A stretch of 64,000 bases of DNA, taken from Chloroflexota bacterium. Lineage in GTDB: Bacteria; Chloroflexota; UBA6077; FW602-bin22; JACPRP01. Where the stretch lies: assembly GCA_016189905.1 (NCBI GenBank), contig JACPRP010000118.1:11478-75477 (forward strand), written 5' to 3'. Below, in pieces: positions 44,753 through 54,330 of this stretch (its first letter is position 1; each line of letters opens with the position of its first letter). A program made the translations under genes and the position numbers. Below the pieces are notes generated by a model, which worked only from the letters and a program-made list of their open reading frames with translations, made no database searches and had not been told where the DNA came from.

Positions 44753-47683
44753 TCAAGACGCCTGGAATTCGGTAAACTGGCCGATGATGCCTTCTCCGAG
44801 CGCCCATTGGTAGACCGAAATGCCCCCTTTGCGCCCGAAGAGCTTCAGCTTGCGGCGGATACTGCTCACGTGATACCGTAGCGTGTTATCGGTGATGCAC
44901 ATGCTCCGCGCAAGATTCGCCCGGTGTGATTCGCTCCAGCTCCCAGACTTTTCTTCCGTGTTGCGCAGGGGGAGATAATATCGGGCAAAGATGTCGATCT
45001 CCCTCCAGGTAAGTCCGTAAGCGTGGCGGAGCCGCAGGATGCCCGCCACAGTGAGCCGCTGGTCGGCAAGCGCACTGACGATCCGGGCACGCAAATCGTC
45101 GTCCTTGCAGGTTGATAACAGCGGATCGGCGGCGCCAGGATGCTGCGCGTTGGACCCCGCGAGGTCCAGTATGAGCCGCGTCGCCAACTCTCGCAACCCC
45201 GCGTCGCTTTCGGACAGGAGCGGCAGGAAAAAACGAAGCTGAGCGAGGGTGAGGCGCCTCACACAAAGCTTCAGCACGTAGTTACGCGCCAGGTTCTCTC
45301 TCAATGCTTCTGCCGCAAGCAAGGCCACAGCGTCAGGCTGCCAGAGAAAGAAATTGAAGCACTGCTCACGCTCGGCGAAGTGCAGGGCTTCGAGCAGGTG
45401 CCGCCGTCCACGGACGAACTCGCTTTGATCGTAGCATAGCCTGGCCAGGTGCAAACGCACTCCCGCCAGCCGGTACTCTAACCGCAGCCGGTCGAACAGT
45501 CCCACCGCGTTCGAGAGATACTGCTCGGCCTCGTCCACATTCCCTGATTCCAGCGCCACCACGCCGAGGACAGCTCGGGCGCACGCCAGATCGATCGGTG
45601 CCCCTCGCTGTTCGGCATCCTCCATCTCTCTGAAGCAAAGCTGCCGCGCTTCGCTGAGTCGCCCCTGACGCAGCCACACGTATCCCAGACCACCGGTATC
45701 GGCTGAATCGTCGTCGGCAAAAGCAGAAACAGCCCTCGCCGCCGCGAAGTCGTTGCTGGCGAACGTGATGCTCGACTTCGCCCAGGTCAGCTTGTTGAGC
45801 AGCTTGATTAGCCCGCGGCGCGCGGCTATCTCCATCGCGCGGTCCAACAGCGGCAGCGCCTCTTCGAAGTCGCCCTTCGTCGCGTGAATAAGCGCCATCA
45901 GGTCGAGACAGTGTACTGTGGTGCGCTCGCCCAGGCTCTCGGTCTGGCACAGTTGGTAGGCCTGTTCAGCCATCTGTAGAGCGGAGCGAATCCTTCCCTG
46001 CTGCAGTTGGACCCATGCCAGGCGACGCGTCGCGCGGGCGCGCAGGACCAGTGAGGCGCGATGATTGTCCGCCCGCTCTAGCAGCGACATTGCCTTATCG
46101 AAAGAATCGGCTGCCTCGACAAAACGTCCGCAGGTAGCGTAGCCCAGGATCAGGTGCGTGTGAATCTCGGCGCGTAGATTGTGGCCCCCCTTGGGCACGA
46201 CGCTGAGCGCTTCCTCCAGCAGGCGCAGCGCCTCGGCAGGCTTGCGCGATTCGAAGGCAATCGTCGTTCTTTCCAGCATAGTGCGCGCAATGCCGTCTGA
46301 CTCCTTCTGCTGTCGGAACAACCGCTCCGCGCGCTCGAGGATCACCGACGCCGGCTGCAGCTTATCCTCGAGACGCAGGACCCCGCTCCTGTGGACGAGT
46401 AACCAGGGATCTTTTTCCAGGACGGTCTCGGGAATCCGGCTCAGCCAGTCACGAATCGTGGCTACCTCTCCCGCGCCGATCAGCCGGGTGGCCTGAAGTC
46501 GGATGATCCTTGAGGCCGATCGCCAGTGCTGCCCCTGGCAATAATGATGGAAGGCGGCCTCCCAGTTCTCTTCGTTTTCGAATATCTGCCCGCAGTCCTT
46601 GTGTAACGCCCGAATGGCGTTCTTGCCTTCCCGACGCCGCAGCCTCGCCTGCAGGAAATCCTGAAAAAGCGGGTGATAGCGATAAACAGGCTCATCGCCC
46701 TGCAGACCCTGATAGAAAAGCTGGCTGTGACCACGGCTTAGCCTATCGAGCATCGTTCCAGCGTCGGCACTTTCGAGAAGATTGTCGGCCGCGCCCGGTG
46801 TTAGCTGAAAGAGATGCGCGGTCATCTCCATGAAACGCTGAGTGGCTGGCGGCTGTGTCTCCAGGAAGTGAAAAGCCAGGTAATCTGAGATTGGTGGCTC
46901 GACACCGCGCATCTCGAGTAGCTCGCCGTCGAAATCGTCGCCGCGTCCGACCAATCGCTGGCAAAGCATCTGCAATGCCGCCGCCCATCCCTGAGCTCGT
47001 TCCGCGATCTGAGCCAGGCTGTCACCGGATAGACCGTGAAGGCCGCGCTCCCGCAGTAGATCTCTCGTTTCTTCGTCCGTGAACGCCATGTCCGCTTCAG
47101 TGAGGTCGAGCACCTGGCCGTACTGGCGCAGGCGGGCGAGCTGGGCCGTAGCGATGTCGCGTCGCGACGACACGAACAGATGGCACTCGGCCGGAAGATA
47201 TGCCAAAAGATAGTCCAGAATCTCCGCGATCTCTGGCGAATGGCTGACCGCCTCGAAGCCATCCAGCACCAGTGCGGACTGACAATATCCCGGACCCGCC
47301 AGCGCGGCGATCAACGCGGCGAGCGAGGCCTGGTGAGTCCCAGCGGATTGATCTATCAGCTCCACGCCGTGCTCGATGCGGGTCAGGTGAGGGAGACTCT
47401 GTCTGAAGCCCTCGGCAAGGTAGAACAGAAACCGCGCAGGGTCCACATCGTCCTGATCCAACCGATACCAGATCGTTGGCCAGCCGATTGAAGAGACGTA
47501 TGAGGACAGAAGACCGGTCTTGCCGTAGCCCGCCGCCGCTGTGAGAATCGTGGCCCGTCGCCGCGTGCCGATCTCAAGCCTCTCATACAGCCTGACCCGA
47601 GGGATCAAACTGCCTGGTTGAGGCTCTGGCGATAGTTTGGCTAGAAGCGTGGCGTGCGCGATGGGGTCAGAAACGGTTATCAT
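44753..47683 (-). CDS. MalT-like STAND ATPase-TPR-LuxR transcriptional regulator
   Basis: KLSP..IPR.RL, AAAGYGKT, W.RLD..D.DP.RF, GWAAAL, YRYHPLF..FL, TPR repeats, C-terminal LT.RE...T.R.HV.SI.RKL. Confidence 0.88.
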   Translation of the reverse strand: MITVSDPIAHATLLAKLSPEPQPGSLIPRVRLYERLEIGTRRRATILTAAAGYGKTGLLSSYVSSIGWPTIWYRLDQDDVDPARFLFYLAEGFRQSLPHLTRIEHGVELIDQSAGTHQASLAALIAALAGPGYCQSALVLDGFEAVSHSPEIAEILDYLLAYLPAECHLFVSSRRDIATAQLARLRQYGQVLDLTEADMAFTDEETRDLLRERGLHGLSGDSLAQIAERAQGWAAALQMLCQRLVGRGDDFDGELLEMRGVEPPISDYLAFHFLETQPPATQRFMEMTAHLFQLTPGAADNLLESADAGTMLDRLSRGHSQLFYQGLQGDEPVYRYHPLFQDFLQARLRRREGKNAIRALHKDCGQIFENEENWEAAFHHYCQGQHWRSASRIIRLQATRLIGAGEVATIRDWLSRIPETVLEKDPWLLVHRSGVLRLEDKLQPASVILERAERLFRQQKESDGIARTMLERTTIAFESRKPAEALRLLEEALSVVPKGGHNLRAEIHTHLILGYATCGRFVEAADSFDKAMSLLERADNHRASLVLRARATRRLAWVQLQQGRIRSALQMAEQAYQLCQTESLGERTTVHCLDLMALIHATKGDFEEALPLLDRAMEIAARRGLIKLLNKLTWAKSSITFASNDFAAARAVSAFADDDSADTGGLGYVWLRQGRLSEARQLCFREMEDAEQRGAPIDLACARAVLGVVALESGNVDEAEQYLSNAVGLFDRLRLEYRLAGVRLHLARLCYDQSEFVRGRRHLLEALHFAEREQCFNFFLWQPDAVALLAAEALRENLARNYVLKLCVRRLTLAQLRFFLPLLSESDAGLRELATRLILDLAGSNAQHPGAADPLLSTCKDDDLRARIVSALADQRLTVAGILRLRHAYGLTWREIDIFARYYLPLRNTEEKSGSWSESHRANLARSMCITDNTLRYHVSSIRRKLKLFGRKGGISVYQWALGEGIIGQFTEFQAS

Positions 47684-47833
47684 CTTTCCTTAGCTTGAAG
47701 GCCCGTCCCGACTGGGCCGCAATCCTATCCGAATCTCATCACAGTGGCTTAATGAAGAGGACTACCTTACGGACGTTCATCTGGGCAAATACTCTGGAGA
47801 AGCGATTCCACCTATCCACTCCCAGCAAACGCG

Positions 47834-47861
47834 ATTATATCACAGTGGACTGGCCAGTCAA
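47834..47861 (-). promoter_or_regulatory. Sigma70 promoter for the MalT-like gene
   Basis: TTGACT-N16-TATAAT with extended -10 TG. Confidence 0.65.
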
Positions 47862-47965
47862 GGTTTAGCCGCGCCATAATCCACAGCCATAATCCATAAT
47901 ATTGACGCCGCTGCCACCGTGTGGTATTGTGGCCACGACGGACGGGAAACCGACCTCTTCTACAC

Positions 47966-48110
47966 TGTTTACTGTGCAAAATGCATCTTGCAGTTGCGGC
48001 CCTCTGTGGCTGCATGGGATGGGGCGATGGCAGCGCCTGTTTTCTGGTGCAAGCGCATCTCGTAGTGGTGGCCCTGTGTGGCCGCATGGAGTGGGGTTGG
48101 AGGCAACGCC
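47966..48110. repeat. Diverged ~72-bp tandem duplication
   Basis: Units 47966-48037 and 48038-48110 share TGTTT..GTGCAA..GCATCT.G.AGT.G.GGCCCT.TGTGGC.GCATGG..TGGGG..GGCA.CGCC. Confidence 0.75.
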
Positions 48111-48152
48111 CATTTCCGCACCAAAACTATACTAGACAATGGGGTTTGAAAG

Positions 48153-48785
48153 TTGGGTAAGAAGCCGATTATCAAGGTCCTCCACGTGGGGATGTTTGAG
48201 ACGAACTGTATTCTTGTGGTGTGTCCAGAAACACGCGAAGCGATCGTGGTCGATCCCGGCTTCGACGGGGACGCCATCATGCGGGCGGTCGACGAGCTGC
48301 AAGCAAAGGTGAAGTACATTGTCATCACGCACGCGCATCCCGATCACATCCTCGCCTGCGACCAGGTAAAGGCGGCGACCGGGGCGCCGGTCCTCGTCCA
48401 TCCGCTCGACGCGCCCGCGATGACCAGGATGCCGAGCGAGCTGACCTTCTGGCTGAAAGAGAAGCCGATCATGGCGCCGGCGGACGAGTTCATCAACGAG
48501 GGGGACGAGCTGACCATCGGGCAGGTGGTTCTGAAGGTGCTGCACACGCCAGGACATTCCAGGGGCCATATCTCGCTGGTCACGGATGGGATCGCGATTG
48601 TGGGTGACGTGCTCTTTTTCCAGGGAATCGGCAGAACGGATTTCCCCGGCGGCAGCTTCCCTGAGCTGATCGACTCCATCAAGACCAAGCTCTTCCCGCT
48701 CGGCGACGACACGGTCGTCTATCCCGGCCACGGCCCCGCGACGACCATCGGTGACGAGCGCACAACCAACCCATTCTTAGTGTAG
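48153..48785 (+). CDS. MBL-fold metallo-hydrolase (glyoxalase II / YcbL-like)
   Basis: THAHPDH, HTPGHS, GDVLF..GIGRTDFPGG, VYPGHG. Confidence 0.93.
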   Translation: MGKKPIIKVLHVGMFETNCILVVCPETREAIVVDPGFDGDAIMRAVDELQAKVKYIVITHAHPDHILACDQVKAATGAPVLVHPLDAPAMTRMPSELTFWLKEKPIMAPADEFINEGDELTIGQVVLKVLHTPGHSRGHISLVTDGIAIVGDVLFFQGIGRTDFPGGSFPELIDSIKTKLFPLGDDTVVYPGHGPATTIGDERTTNPFLV

Positions 48786-48845
48786 TTTCCAGTGCGCTGA
48801 TTCGCAGGCTGGATAGGGCAAAACCGCTATAAGACCGCAAGGCTG

Positions 48846-48916
48846 GTAGGGGCAAAGCATTCGCGCCTTCTCCTTACGTATTGCCCCGATGGTATGGCGC
48901 GAATGCTTTGCCCCAC
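48846..48916. repeat. GTAG REP-like element (~70 bp)
   Basis: GTAGGGGCAAAGCATTCGCG..CGCGAATGCTTTGCCCC; paralog at 18548-18616. Confidence 0.75.
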
Positions 48917-49015
48917 GGTCTTGCCCAACCACCTGCCTTCACCTTTCCGCAGAAGGGCCGACGATTCTTACTTTTTCGTTGCCAGATTTGCGCGTGGGTC
49001 ACATAACGATCGGGG

Positions 49016-49142
49016 TCAGACCGACGCGGTTTCCCGATTCAGACCGACGCAGTTCTCCAATTCAGACCGACGCAGTTCTCCAATTCAGACCGACGCGGTT
49101 TCCCAATTCAGACCGACGCGGTTTTCAAAACCGCGTCGGTCT
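49016..49142. repeat. Four 23-bp tandem repeats ending in a full palindrome
   Basis: TCAGACCGACGC(A/G)GTT(C/T)(T/C)CC(A/G)AT four times, then TCAGACCGACGCGGTTTTCAAAACCGCGTCGGTCT. Confidence 0.9.
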
Positions 49143-49270
49143 CGGCCGTCGGAATCAAAAGCCGCCCACTACTGAACGACAATCTCCGGCTCGAAATCCT
49201 GCCGTTCGGCCATCTCGACCGTCACGGGCAACCTTGCCCAGGCTTTTACTCCGACATACCAGATCTAACC

Positions 49271-50962
49271 TTAGCACTCTGTCCCTGTGTAAACAGTGTA
49301 ATTCTTGTACACCCGAGGGAAGTACAGCCTGGTAGATCCACCGCTTGGCGAGATGCCGAAAAGCTGGAAGCCTGTGCTCGTAGCCGTCGGCTCCACCTCT
49401 GCGCTGCCATACTGCGCGCTCGCGGTATACTGCTCGACCAGAATGTACGGGCTGCCGCCGATGATGTAGTCGTTTGATGTTAATCCGTTATTATCGGTGG
49501 CGCCTGGCAGCCATTTTGTGTAAGATCTCGCGAGATTGAGGTTCGTCGCATATCCAGCTTTGTCGACCCAATAAGCCCGCACGGCTCTCGGCGACGCCGT
49601 TATGGAATAGCTACGTCCGCTTGGAGAATTGTTCCACGCGACGGTTACTTTCCTGGACGAAGGCTCGCAAAATGTAACTATGTCCACACCGCGGTCGGTC
49701 GTCTTCTGAACGGAGGAGTAATTCGAGAAATACTGCGACGCGACCTGATACGCGGTGAAGGATGGACGCTGCGTGTTATCGTTGCGCAGGAGGCCGAAAG
49801 CCTCGGCGTTGCCATCGTCGTATTGCTGGAAAGCGAAAATCTGCTGCACATTGGCAGCCAGTCCGTAAGCGATCGCCTGGATGACGTATGAGGCAGCTTC
49901 ATCCATCGTCGCGCTGCCAAAGTACGCCTTGTTCTCGCCGCCGAATGGCGGCCTGGTCGGATCGTTCCATATCGGCACGCCGGTCTCGTTGACCCAGACC
50001 GGCTTGGCTCCCAACCCGTAGCTCTGCAGGGTGCTCCGTGCCTGGTTGACCATATCGTACATCTGCGAGGATCGGTTGTACCAGTGCTGCGCCATCGCGT
50101 CAAAATAATGGTTGTTCGCCGCCGCTGCATTATCAGCCTTGATAGCGGCTAGGATCTGGCTCAAGAAGTTCTGGTTCGGCCACGTCCAGTGGGCTAATCC
50201 CCCCATCAATACCGTCGCTTCCGGGTCTGCGAACTTGGCCGCAATATAGCCAACCTTTAGCAACCTGAAGTACTGCTCCACGGACCCGCTCCAGAAGGAC
50301 GGATTATCCGGCTCGTTCCACATCTCCCAGACCCTAATTCCAGGCTTATAACGATATACCGTATTATAGACGAAGCGTGCCCAGTAGTTTCTTGGGTTAA
50401 TGGTCTTATAAGGCCCAGGCGTATCTGAGCCATCGGTGAATATCTTTTCATTAAGGCCTGCTGGTGGTGCGGCAGCGGGGCTAAACGAATTAGGCAGGGA
50501 ACCCGGCGGAACCGGCGCGAAATATCGTGGGCCTTCGCCAACGCGGGGTGGCGGAGCATCTTCTAGCAACCCGGGCATTGGGCTCGCTGCCCACGACGGC
50601 GTGCCGACCAGAATGGCATTCACTTGGAGAGCATTGGCAATGTCTGATCTGACGACCGCGTCTTGAGCAGTGTAATCGGGGCTCCCATTTGAACCTTCGA
50701 TCATATCCCAGTACATCGGCCAGCGGTCCCAGCCAGCGCCGAGACTCGTCGCCCGGCTGAAGCGATACGCCGGGAGCGACGGAATCTCTGCGCTGCCGAT
50801 GAACACTATCCCCAGGCGGCTATTGGCTGCGAGTGGCTGCGCTGCTGGTTCGGGCGCGACCTCGGCAACTGCCGGCCTCTGAAGTTGCGACGACATCGTG
50901 ACGATCAGCGCCAGAAAGATCAAGCTCGTCAACGGGCGCACAGATTTAGTCCACCTACTCAC
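49271..50962 (-). CDS. Secreted clan GH-A glycoside hydrolase (GH5/GH39-like)
   Basis: Signal peptide; WEMWNEPD acid/base; VWVNETG nucleophile; FGLLRND; C-terminal LYFPRV motif. Confidence 0.82.
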   Translation of the reverse strand: MSRWTKSVRPLTSLIFLALIVTMSSQLQRPAVAEVAPEPAAQPLAANSRLGIVFIGSAEIPSLPAYRFSRATSLGAGWDRWPMYWDMIEGSNGSPDYTAQDAVVRSDIANALQVNAILVGTPSWAASPMPGLLEDAPPPRVGEGPRYFAPVPPGSLPNSFSPAAAPPAGLNEKIFTDGSDTPGPYKTINPRNYWARFVYNTVYRYKPGIRVWEMWNEPDNPSFWSGSVEQYFRLLKVGYIAAKFADPEATVLMGGLAHWTWPNQNFLSQILAAIKADNAAAANNHYFDAMAQHWYNRSSQMYDMVNQARSTLQSYGLGAKPVWVNETGVPIWNDPTRPPFGGENKAYFGSATMDEAASYVIQAIAYGLAANVQQIFAFQQYDDGNAEAFGLLRNDNTQRPSFTAYQVASQYFSNYSSVQKTTDRGVDIVTFCEPSSRKVTVAWNNSPSGRSYSITASPRAVRAYWVDKAGYATNLNLARSYTKWLPGATDNNGLTSNDYIIGGSPYILVEQYTASAQYGSAEVEPTATSTGFQLFGISPSGGSTRLYFPRVYKNYTVYTGTEC

Positions 50963-51403
50963 ACCACCGCCTCTACCAACATCCACGACACGACGGGCCC
51001 ATTGTCGCGCCCTGTGAATCCCTGAATTCCACTTTCCATTAAGTATCTTGACAAGGTCACCTTACCAAATCAAGCGGCGCCTCACCGAACGCACCCGTAG
51101 CGCGGGCGGCTTGTCCCCCGCGGGGCGAGGTGAGCGGGGCGTCCGGCAGGTAAATGTGGCATTGTCAACGTATCTAACAATAGTTTTACCACAACGACGC
51201 CCTGAGTTCTCTTTGCGCCCTCTTTCCTTTCGCAGATGGACGCTTTGTCCTTCCGCAGAAGGACGGTGAAACTTTATGCCCTACATATTGCGAGGTACTT
51301 CATACTGCGTCGCCTATCTTACATTAGCGACGAGCCGAGCGTCAAGGCCAATAAGTACCAATAGAGGGCCGGCCAACAACTAATACCTCTCCATCTTGCT
51401 TTT

Positions 51404-51420
51404 TGGGCACCAATCTTGCA
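51404..51420 (+). promoter_or_regulatory. Sigma54-like promoter for the GH2-like gene
   Basis: TGGGCACCAATCTTGCA (GG-N10-GC); predicted start site about 37 nt before the ATG. Confidence 0.6.
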
Positions 51421-51467
51421 TCTATCCACAAGACTTATCCTTGATCGCTGTGGAGAGGAGGGGAGCG

Positions 51468-52688
51468 ATGTTGCGAGTTGCGATCATCAGGCTGGGCCAG
51501 AACCTGGCCCGAGAACTTAGTATATCGGGGAAGCACCGCCGGCGCCGTGTTTTCACCAAATGTCTGTCCAGTGTAGTGCTGGTTATGGCAACGCTGCTTT
51601 ACCTGACGCTCGGAGTCTTCGCCTTCCCAACTGGCGGCAGCGCCGCCGATTTCGGCGATGGCGATGGCGTCTCTGGGAGCGTCGTCACCATCGCAGGCGA
51701 GGATTTCGACTATGTCTACACTGTCAACGGAGTGCCAGAGACGATTCGTGGCGTGGGCTACAACGTGATCTATCGCGGCTACAGCGACGAGGAACGTGCC
51801 CGTCTGTACGACCGCGATTTCTGGTTGATGTGGCAATCGGGTTTCAACACGATCGCCGGCTGGGACCAGGACAAAGGATACGAGCAGGATAAGTTCGACG
51901 AGCTGCTGCTCACTAAGGCAGATCAGTATGGCCTTGGGGTGATCATGCCCTACTACCTTCCGCCGGAGGGTGATTACACGAGCGAGGACTACCGGCAGCA
52001 GGTCTCGGAAGACGTCGCTGCCTTTGTGTTGCGATTCAAAGACTATCCCGCCATACGAATGTGGGGATTGGGCAATGAGGTGCTGCTAGCCATCACAGAT
52101 CCGCAACAAGCGGTGGCGTTTGCGTCGTTCCTCGTCGAGTTGGCGGATATGGTTCACGAGATCGACCCCAATCACCCCGTGATCTATCGCGAAAGCGAGG
52201 ACGTTTTCGTTCCCATTCTGCGCGATGCGATACTCAGAGACGGGATTCGCCGTCCCTGGCTGGTCTACGGGCTGAACGTGTACACGTTTCGGATCAACCA
52301 GATCCTCGCCAACTGGCCGCAGCTTGGCCTCGACATCCCTATCGTCGTTTCCGAGTTCGCGCCCATCGGCTTGCACGGTGAAGAGCGGGCCAGAGGCTAC
52401 ACACAGATGTGGCAAGCCCTTCGCAGCTATCCATCTATGGTGTTCGGTGGCCTGGCGTACGTCTGGACGACCGAAGGACCCGAGCCGGTCGATCGATTAT
52501 TCGGCCTTCTGGATAGCAGAGCCGTCGCCGTGGACGAGTCGTTCAATCAGCTCTCGGCCGAGTATTTGGATGATGCGTCGTTCAGCAGCATACTAAGTGT
52601 GTCACAATTACTGACCCCTGCACGGGTGTCTAACCCAGGTAGGGGCGGGTTTGAAATCCGCCGTCATTATCGCCCTGACCAGGTTTAG
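51468..52688 (+). CDS. Membrane-anchored GH2-like TIM-barrel glycoside hydrolase
   Basis: VNG....IRGVGY, GFNTI, MWGLGNE, HEIDPNHPV, VSEFAP. Confidence 0.8.
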   Translation: MLRVAIIRLGQNLARELSISGKHRRRRVFTKCLSSVVLVMATLLYLTLGVFAFPTGGSAADFGDGDGVSGSVVTIAGEDFDYVYTVNGVPETIRGVGYNVIYRGYSDEERARLYDRDFWLMWQSGFNTIAGWDQDKGYEQDKFDELLLTKADQYGLGVIMPYYLPPEGDYTSEDYRQQVSEDVAAFVLRFKDYPAIRMWGLGNEVLLAITDPQQAVAFASFLVELADMVHEIDPNHPVIYRESEDVFVPILRDAILRDGIRRPWLVYGLNVYTFRINQILANWPQLGLDIPIVVSEFAPIGLHGEERARGYTQMWQALRSYPSMVFGGLAYVWTTEGPEPVDRLFGLLDSRAVAVDESFNQLSAEYLDDASFSSILSVSQLLTPARVSNPGRGGFEIRRHYRPDQV

Positions 52689-52710
52689 CGCACCATACAA
52701 ATATCAGTAG

Positions 52711-52820
52711 TTTCACCGCTAGGAGCGCAAGGACGCCCAATAATCTCTTTGCGCTCTTAGCGATCTTTGCGGTGAGACTACGAGCCATACATTCTCGTGT
52801 CTCCGTAACTCCGTGGTGAA
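52711..52820. repeat. CACCGC.AAG.GCGC.AAG / CTCCGTGGTGAA-type palindromic repeats
   Basis: TTCACCGCTAGGAGCGCAAGG..CTTTGCGCTCTTAGCGATCTTTGCGGTGA; half copy at 24399-24420. Confidence 0.65.
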
Positions 52821-52956
52821 ACCGTCCCCTTGTGGTAGAGCGACAGGAGACCGTCTTCCGCGGAACTTTTATGCCCCCTTGTTCGTTTAAGTAATTGAAT
52901 CCGCGCCGTCTATAGCTGTGATATAATGCTTGCAGCACGAGCTTGGGGGTGTCTGA

Positions 52957-54330
52957 ATGCGTGCATTTCTTTCGACGATGGCTGTCTTATCGGTTCTGTG
53001 GGGCGGGGCCAGTGGTTGTATCCTGGCTCCGTCGCCGCGCAAGCCGGCGACCGTGAACGTGGCTGCTTTTGTCTCTCCGGGCGGGGGAGCGCCGCCCGCG
53101 GTGCTCTCACTCTACAAGGCCGCCCTCGAGGTGAGCAAGAACGCGGTCGACTTCGACCTTCGCATTTCAAATATCAGCCCCGCGATGCCTGACCCGAGCA
53201 TGTTTATGGAAAAGCAACAGGTTCCCCCGAGCGCCACCGCGCTGGAGCAGGCGATGGGCCAGGACCCTCCGCCCGACATCGTCCTCTTTTGGAGCGTGTA
53301 CGATTACAGCGCGGCGCTGGATAAAGACCTGTTGCAGCCTCTCGATACCTACTTTCGCGGCGACCGCGACGCGAAGCCAGATGATTATTATCCGGGCGCC
53401 ATCGAGGCGGTGAGCGACGCCGGACGCCTTTATGCGCTGCCGGTCGCCGTCGCGCCCACTGTGCTGATGTACGACAAGCGGGTTTTCGACGAAGTCGGGT
53501 TGGGGGCTCCGGAGCCGAGCTGGAACTGGGCGACGTTCCTGGGCTATGCCAAACAGCTTACGAGGGTGACCGGCGATCCCCAGAAAGATAGCTATGCCAT
53601 CAACCTGTCGGGACCGCTGATCCTCCCCGCTTTCATCTGGCAGAACGGTGGCGACGTCATCAGCAAGGATGGCAGGCGGTCCCTGATTGCCGAGCCATCC
53701 GCGGCTGAGGCGATCCAGTTCTATGCAGACCTGATTAACACGTATAAGATCGTTCCCCCGGAGCCGAGAAGACAGGCGGGGGGACCGCCGATTATGATGG
53801 AGAAACCTGCGATCAGAATCGGACCAGGCGAGGTTCCGCCGCTGATGGGTCCCACGGGGCGAGTGGCGATGATGTTCGTTTCGGGCGCCGGCAGCCAGAT
53901 GTCATACTCGCCGTTTATGCGAGGTGGACAGGATCGGCCGATGCGCTTGACAGAGCTGCCGCGAGGCAAGATGCCGGGGACTGTTCTGGATCTTAGCACC
54001 GCCCTGGGCCTGACCGCGAGAGCGACAAACAGCCAGCTCGCATACAAGGCCATGGTTGCCCTGGCCAGTGAGATGCAGAAGGAGCTCGGGGTTCCGGCCA
54101 GACGCTCGTTGGCGAAGAACCTGCGCCAGATGAATCCAGGCCTGGCTGAAGACGATGCGCAAGTCATCGTCAACTCCCTGGAATACGCGCGACCGCTTCG
54201 CTTGCGCACAGGAGAGGAGATGCAGGTGCTTTATCAGAAGTTGCTCTCGCCAATCCAGCAGAATTCGAAGCCCGTGGCCGAGGTGCTCAAGGAAGCATCT
54301 GATGCTCTGGATGAGTTGTTGAACAAATGA
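52957..54330 (+). CDS. Extracellular solute-binding lipoprotein (sugar-type SBP_bac_1)
   Basis: Lipobox ASGC; PPDI, LQPLD.Y, G.LYALP, YDK.VFD..GL..P..W.W..F; extended -10 TGTGATATAAT at 52917-52927. Confidence 0.85.
   Translation: MRAFLSTMAVLSVLWGGASGCILAPSPRKPATVNVAAFVSPGGGAPPAVLSLYKAALEVSKNAVDFDLRISNISPAMPDPSMFMEKQQVPPSATALEQAMGQDPPPDIVLFWSVYDYSAALDKDLLQPLDTYFRGDRDAKPDDYYPGAIEAVSDAGRLYALPVAVAPTVLMYDKRVFDEVGLGAPEPSWNWATFLGYAKQLTRVTGDPQKDSYAINLSGPLILPAFIWQNGGDVISKDGRRSLIAEPSAAEAIQFYADLINTYKIVPPEPRRQAGGPPIMMEKPAIRIGPGEVPPLMGPTGRVAMMFVSGAGSQMSYSPFMRGGQDRPMRLTELPRGKMPGTVLDLSTALGLTARATNSQLAYKAMVALASEMQKELGVPARRSLAKNLRQMNPGLAEDDAQVIVNSLEYARPLRLRTGEEMQVLYQKLLSPIQQNSKPVAEVLKEASDALDELLNK

Noticed and set aside
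44625-44807. N-terminal extension of CDC48
   Set aside because: It overlaps the MalT-like gene; the ATG at 44624 has an SD-like GGAAGG.
49016-49142. Possible CRISPR array
   Set aside because: The 23-bp units are contiguous with no unique spacers, they derive from a dispersed palindrome, and there are no cas genes.
48889-49335. 148-aa ORF with internal repeats
   Set aside because: It is a translation of the REP and 23-bp tandem repeats.
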